This document shows positions 62,508 through 64,000 of a stretch of 64,000 nt of DNA, in pieces. The translations under genes and the position numbers were made by a program. The stretch's first letter is position 1; each line of letters opens with the position of its first letter. The stretch is from the NCBI RefSeq assembly GCF_964355755.1, contig NC_092673.1, positions 16,675,648 through 16,739,647 of the forward strand. Direction: 5' to 3'. Origin of the DNA: Antedon mediterranea. Taxonomy: Eukaryota > Animalia > Echinodermata. Below the pieces are notes generated by a model. It ran no database searches. It was not told the origin of the DNA and saw only the letters and a list, made by a program, of their open reading frames with translations.

Positions 62508-63135
62508 ATATTTGTTTTACTCACCATCTTCTTTATTGACCATAGTTAAGGTTAACTACACGCGATTTGTCAACAAACAACGAAACCGATGAATGATTGT
62601 CGATTACACTGATGTGTATGTGTGGTGCGCGCTTTTAAATTCGTATTGAATATATCGTGCCTCCTCTTCCTCCTACCCTGCTTAATTTGCGTATGGTTTT
62701 CGAATGATGATCATGAAATACACAAACGGGTGTAATTCCATCGTTAGTTACTTTAGTGTTTCAATAAAACCGTCTCTGCAATATGATGGAAATAAGCGTC
62801 ACTGTCGGTTAATGTATACACCGGTCCCAAAGAGTCAGGGTCAATTACTTTTTTTTTAGAAATATGTTTAATGTGTATTATTATTATTATAGTTTAATAT
62901 AAGCGTATTTTATAAATTTCATCTCCATCGATTCTATAATCATATTTTAAAATCAAAATGCTATGTTTTAAATTCTATCTAGGTTTCTCTCTCTCTCTCT
63001 CTCTGCCCCTCTCCTTCTCTGCTTATTAATTTGGATTCGACTATGTAGAAACGGAATTTAGATTCCAAATTAAAACACTGCATTGTAACAATATTATAAT
63101 CGGTCTGCATTGCTTTTATCGATGATGACAATAGA
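60428..63135. repeat. About 2.5 tandem copies of a ~1.05-kb unit (starts near 60428, 61456, 62548); candidate terminal repeat
   Basis: Each starts aaggttaactacacgcg and contains (CT)n; the two complete units also contain (TA)n; the third copy is truncated at 63135. Confidence 0.92.
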
Positions 63136-63495
63136 GATTATGCACATAAGGCATGTGTATTGTTAGATTGTACACATAAGGCATGTGTATTGTTAGATTG
63201 TACACATAAGGCATGTGCATTGTTAGATTGTACACATAAGGCATGTGCATTGTTAGATTGTACACATAAGGCATGTGTATTGTTAGATTGTGCACATAAG
63301 GCATGTGCATTGTTAGATTGTACACATAAGGCATGTGTATTGTTAGATTGTACACATAAGGCATGTGTATTGTTAGATTGTACACATAAGGCATGTGTAT
63401 TGTTAGATTGTACACATAAGGCATGTGCAGTGTTAGATTGTGTACATAAGGCATGTGCATTGTTAGATTGTACACATAAGGCATGTGCATTGTTA
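63136..63495. repeat. 30-bp minisatellite, ~12 copies (TACACATAAGGCATGTGYATTGTTAGATTG)
   Basis: Read directly; units start 63141, 63171 ... 63471. Confidence 0.95.
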
Positions 63496-64000
63496 CCGCA
63501 CAAAATAAAACTGATGAGAAATTTAATTTCATTATGCAATTTTATCTTAATTAGTCAGTAAAACATTTTTTCATGGCTTACTAATGGAGATTTTGATGTA
63601 GTTTTATTTGATTAACAAATGGTAACATGCATTGATAGTTGACAAACATTTTGTGGTTTTAATAAAATGAAATAATTTATTATATAATATAGAGTAAATT
63701 ACACAGAAAAAGTAATGTGATGATGTGTGTTTGCCTAGCCTTTGTTTACTGTGCACTTTCACATTGGCTGGAAAATGCCAGGGCAATTTACAGTCATTGT
63801 TGTCTTTCAGGTTTAGACTTATTATTATTAATTATAGAAGTGATTATTAATTTCCAATAGACCATATCATAAAAACCCATCAAAAACTGCGTTTGTGATT
63901 TTGTTCTCTTAGACCGTGGGCTGATGCTCAAAATTGTGACTTGTCGTGGTGCCACCCCTGGCAGCTACCCAGTTTTTATATATAAAGTTGTAAAAAAAAT
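63496..64000. other. Probable host flanking DNA
   Basis: AT-rich, CpG-poor, no convincing ORF and no similarity to the viral repeats. Confidence 0.45.

Larger units (their letters stand above)
1..63135. mobile_element. Large dsDNA virus genome (Duplodnaviria-type, mirusvirus/herpes-like), probably endogenous in an animal genome; left end outside the window
   Basis: Dense overlapping ORFs with AATAAA signals after stops; PolB, AEP primase, capsid protease, MCP/triplex/portal-like ORFs; animal-type accessory genes; right end passes through tandem repeats into CpG-poor sequence. Confidence 0.8.

Noticed and set aside
60428-63135. HHV-6/MDV-type telomeric repeat integration signal
   Set aside because: No TTAGGG arrays; only an isolated ggctagggtt in the complete units
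63136-63495. 30-bp repeat as a CRISPR array or as coding ORFs (63116-63561)
   Set aside because: Head-to-tail repeats with no spacers and no cas genes; the open frames arise from a stop-poor unit whose length is divisible by three

Overview
Almost the whole window (about 1-60.4 kb) is a compact, mostly intronless, CpG-rich genome of a large eukaryotic dsDNA virus. By motif recognition alone, its virion module is of the HK97/Duplodnaviria type: candidate portal, two triplex-like proteins, a ~1090-aa major capsid protein and an assemblin-like protease-scaffold with a herpes-style VDA|S maturation site. It looks closer to mirusviruses than to canonical herpesviruses, and also encodes TBP-like and Snf7-like proteins. 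Replication and nuclease genes include a divergent family-B DNA polymerase, an AEP primase with a PrimPol/UL52-type Zn finger, and FEN1/XPG, PD-(D/E)xK and HNH nucleases. The accessory genes are clearly metazoan: a secreted multi-Ig protein, a CARD-caspase, a 3-BIR/UBA/RING IAP split by an in-frame TGA in a CAA-TTA readthrough context, an intron-containing TNIP2/CEP55-like gene, two kinase paralogs, a RING-H2 protein and a catalytically degenerate AlkB. Homologous AT-rich non-coding blocks recur at about 35.8, 51 and 57-59.7 kb. The right end has ~1.05-kb tandem repeats that break into a 30-bp minisatellite followed by CpG-poor, host-like DNA, suggesting an endogenous, possibly integrated mirusvirus/herpes-like virus of an animal. 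No terminase, helicase, RNA polymerase or integrase was recognised; the element continues past the left edge. All protein assignments are by eye and need HMM or structure confirmation.
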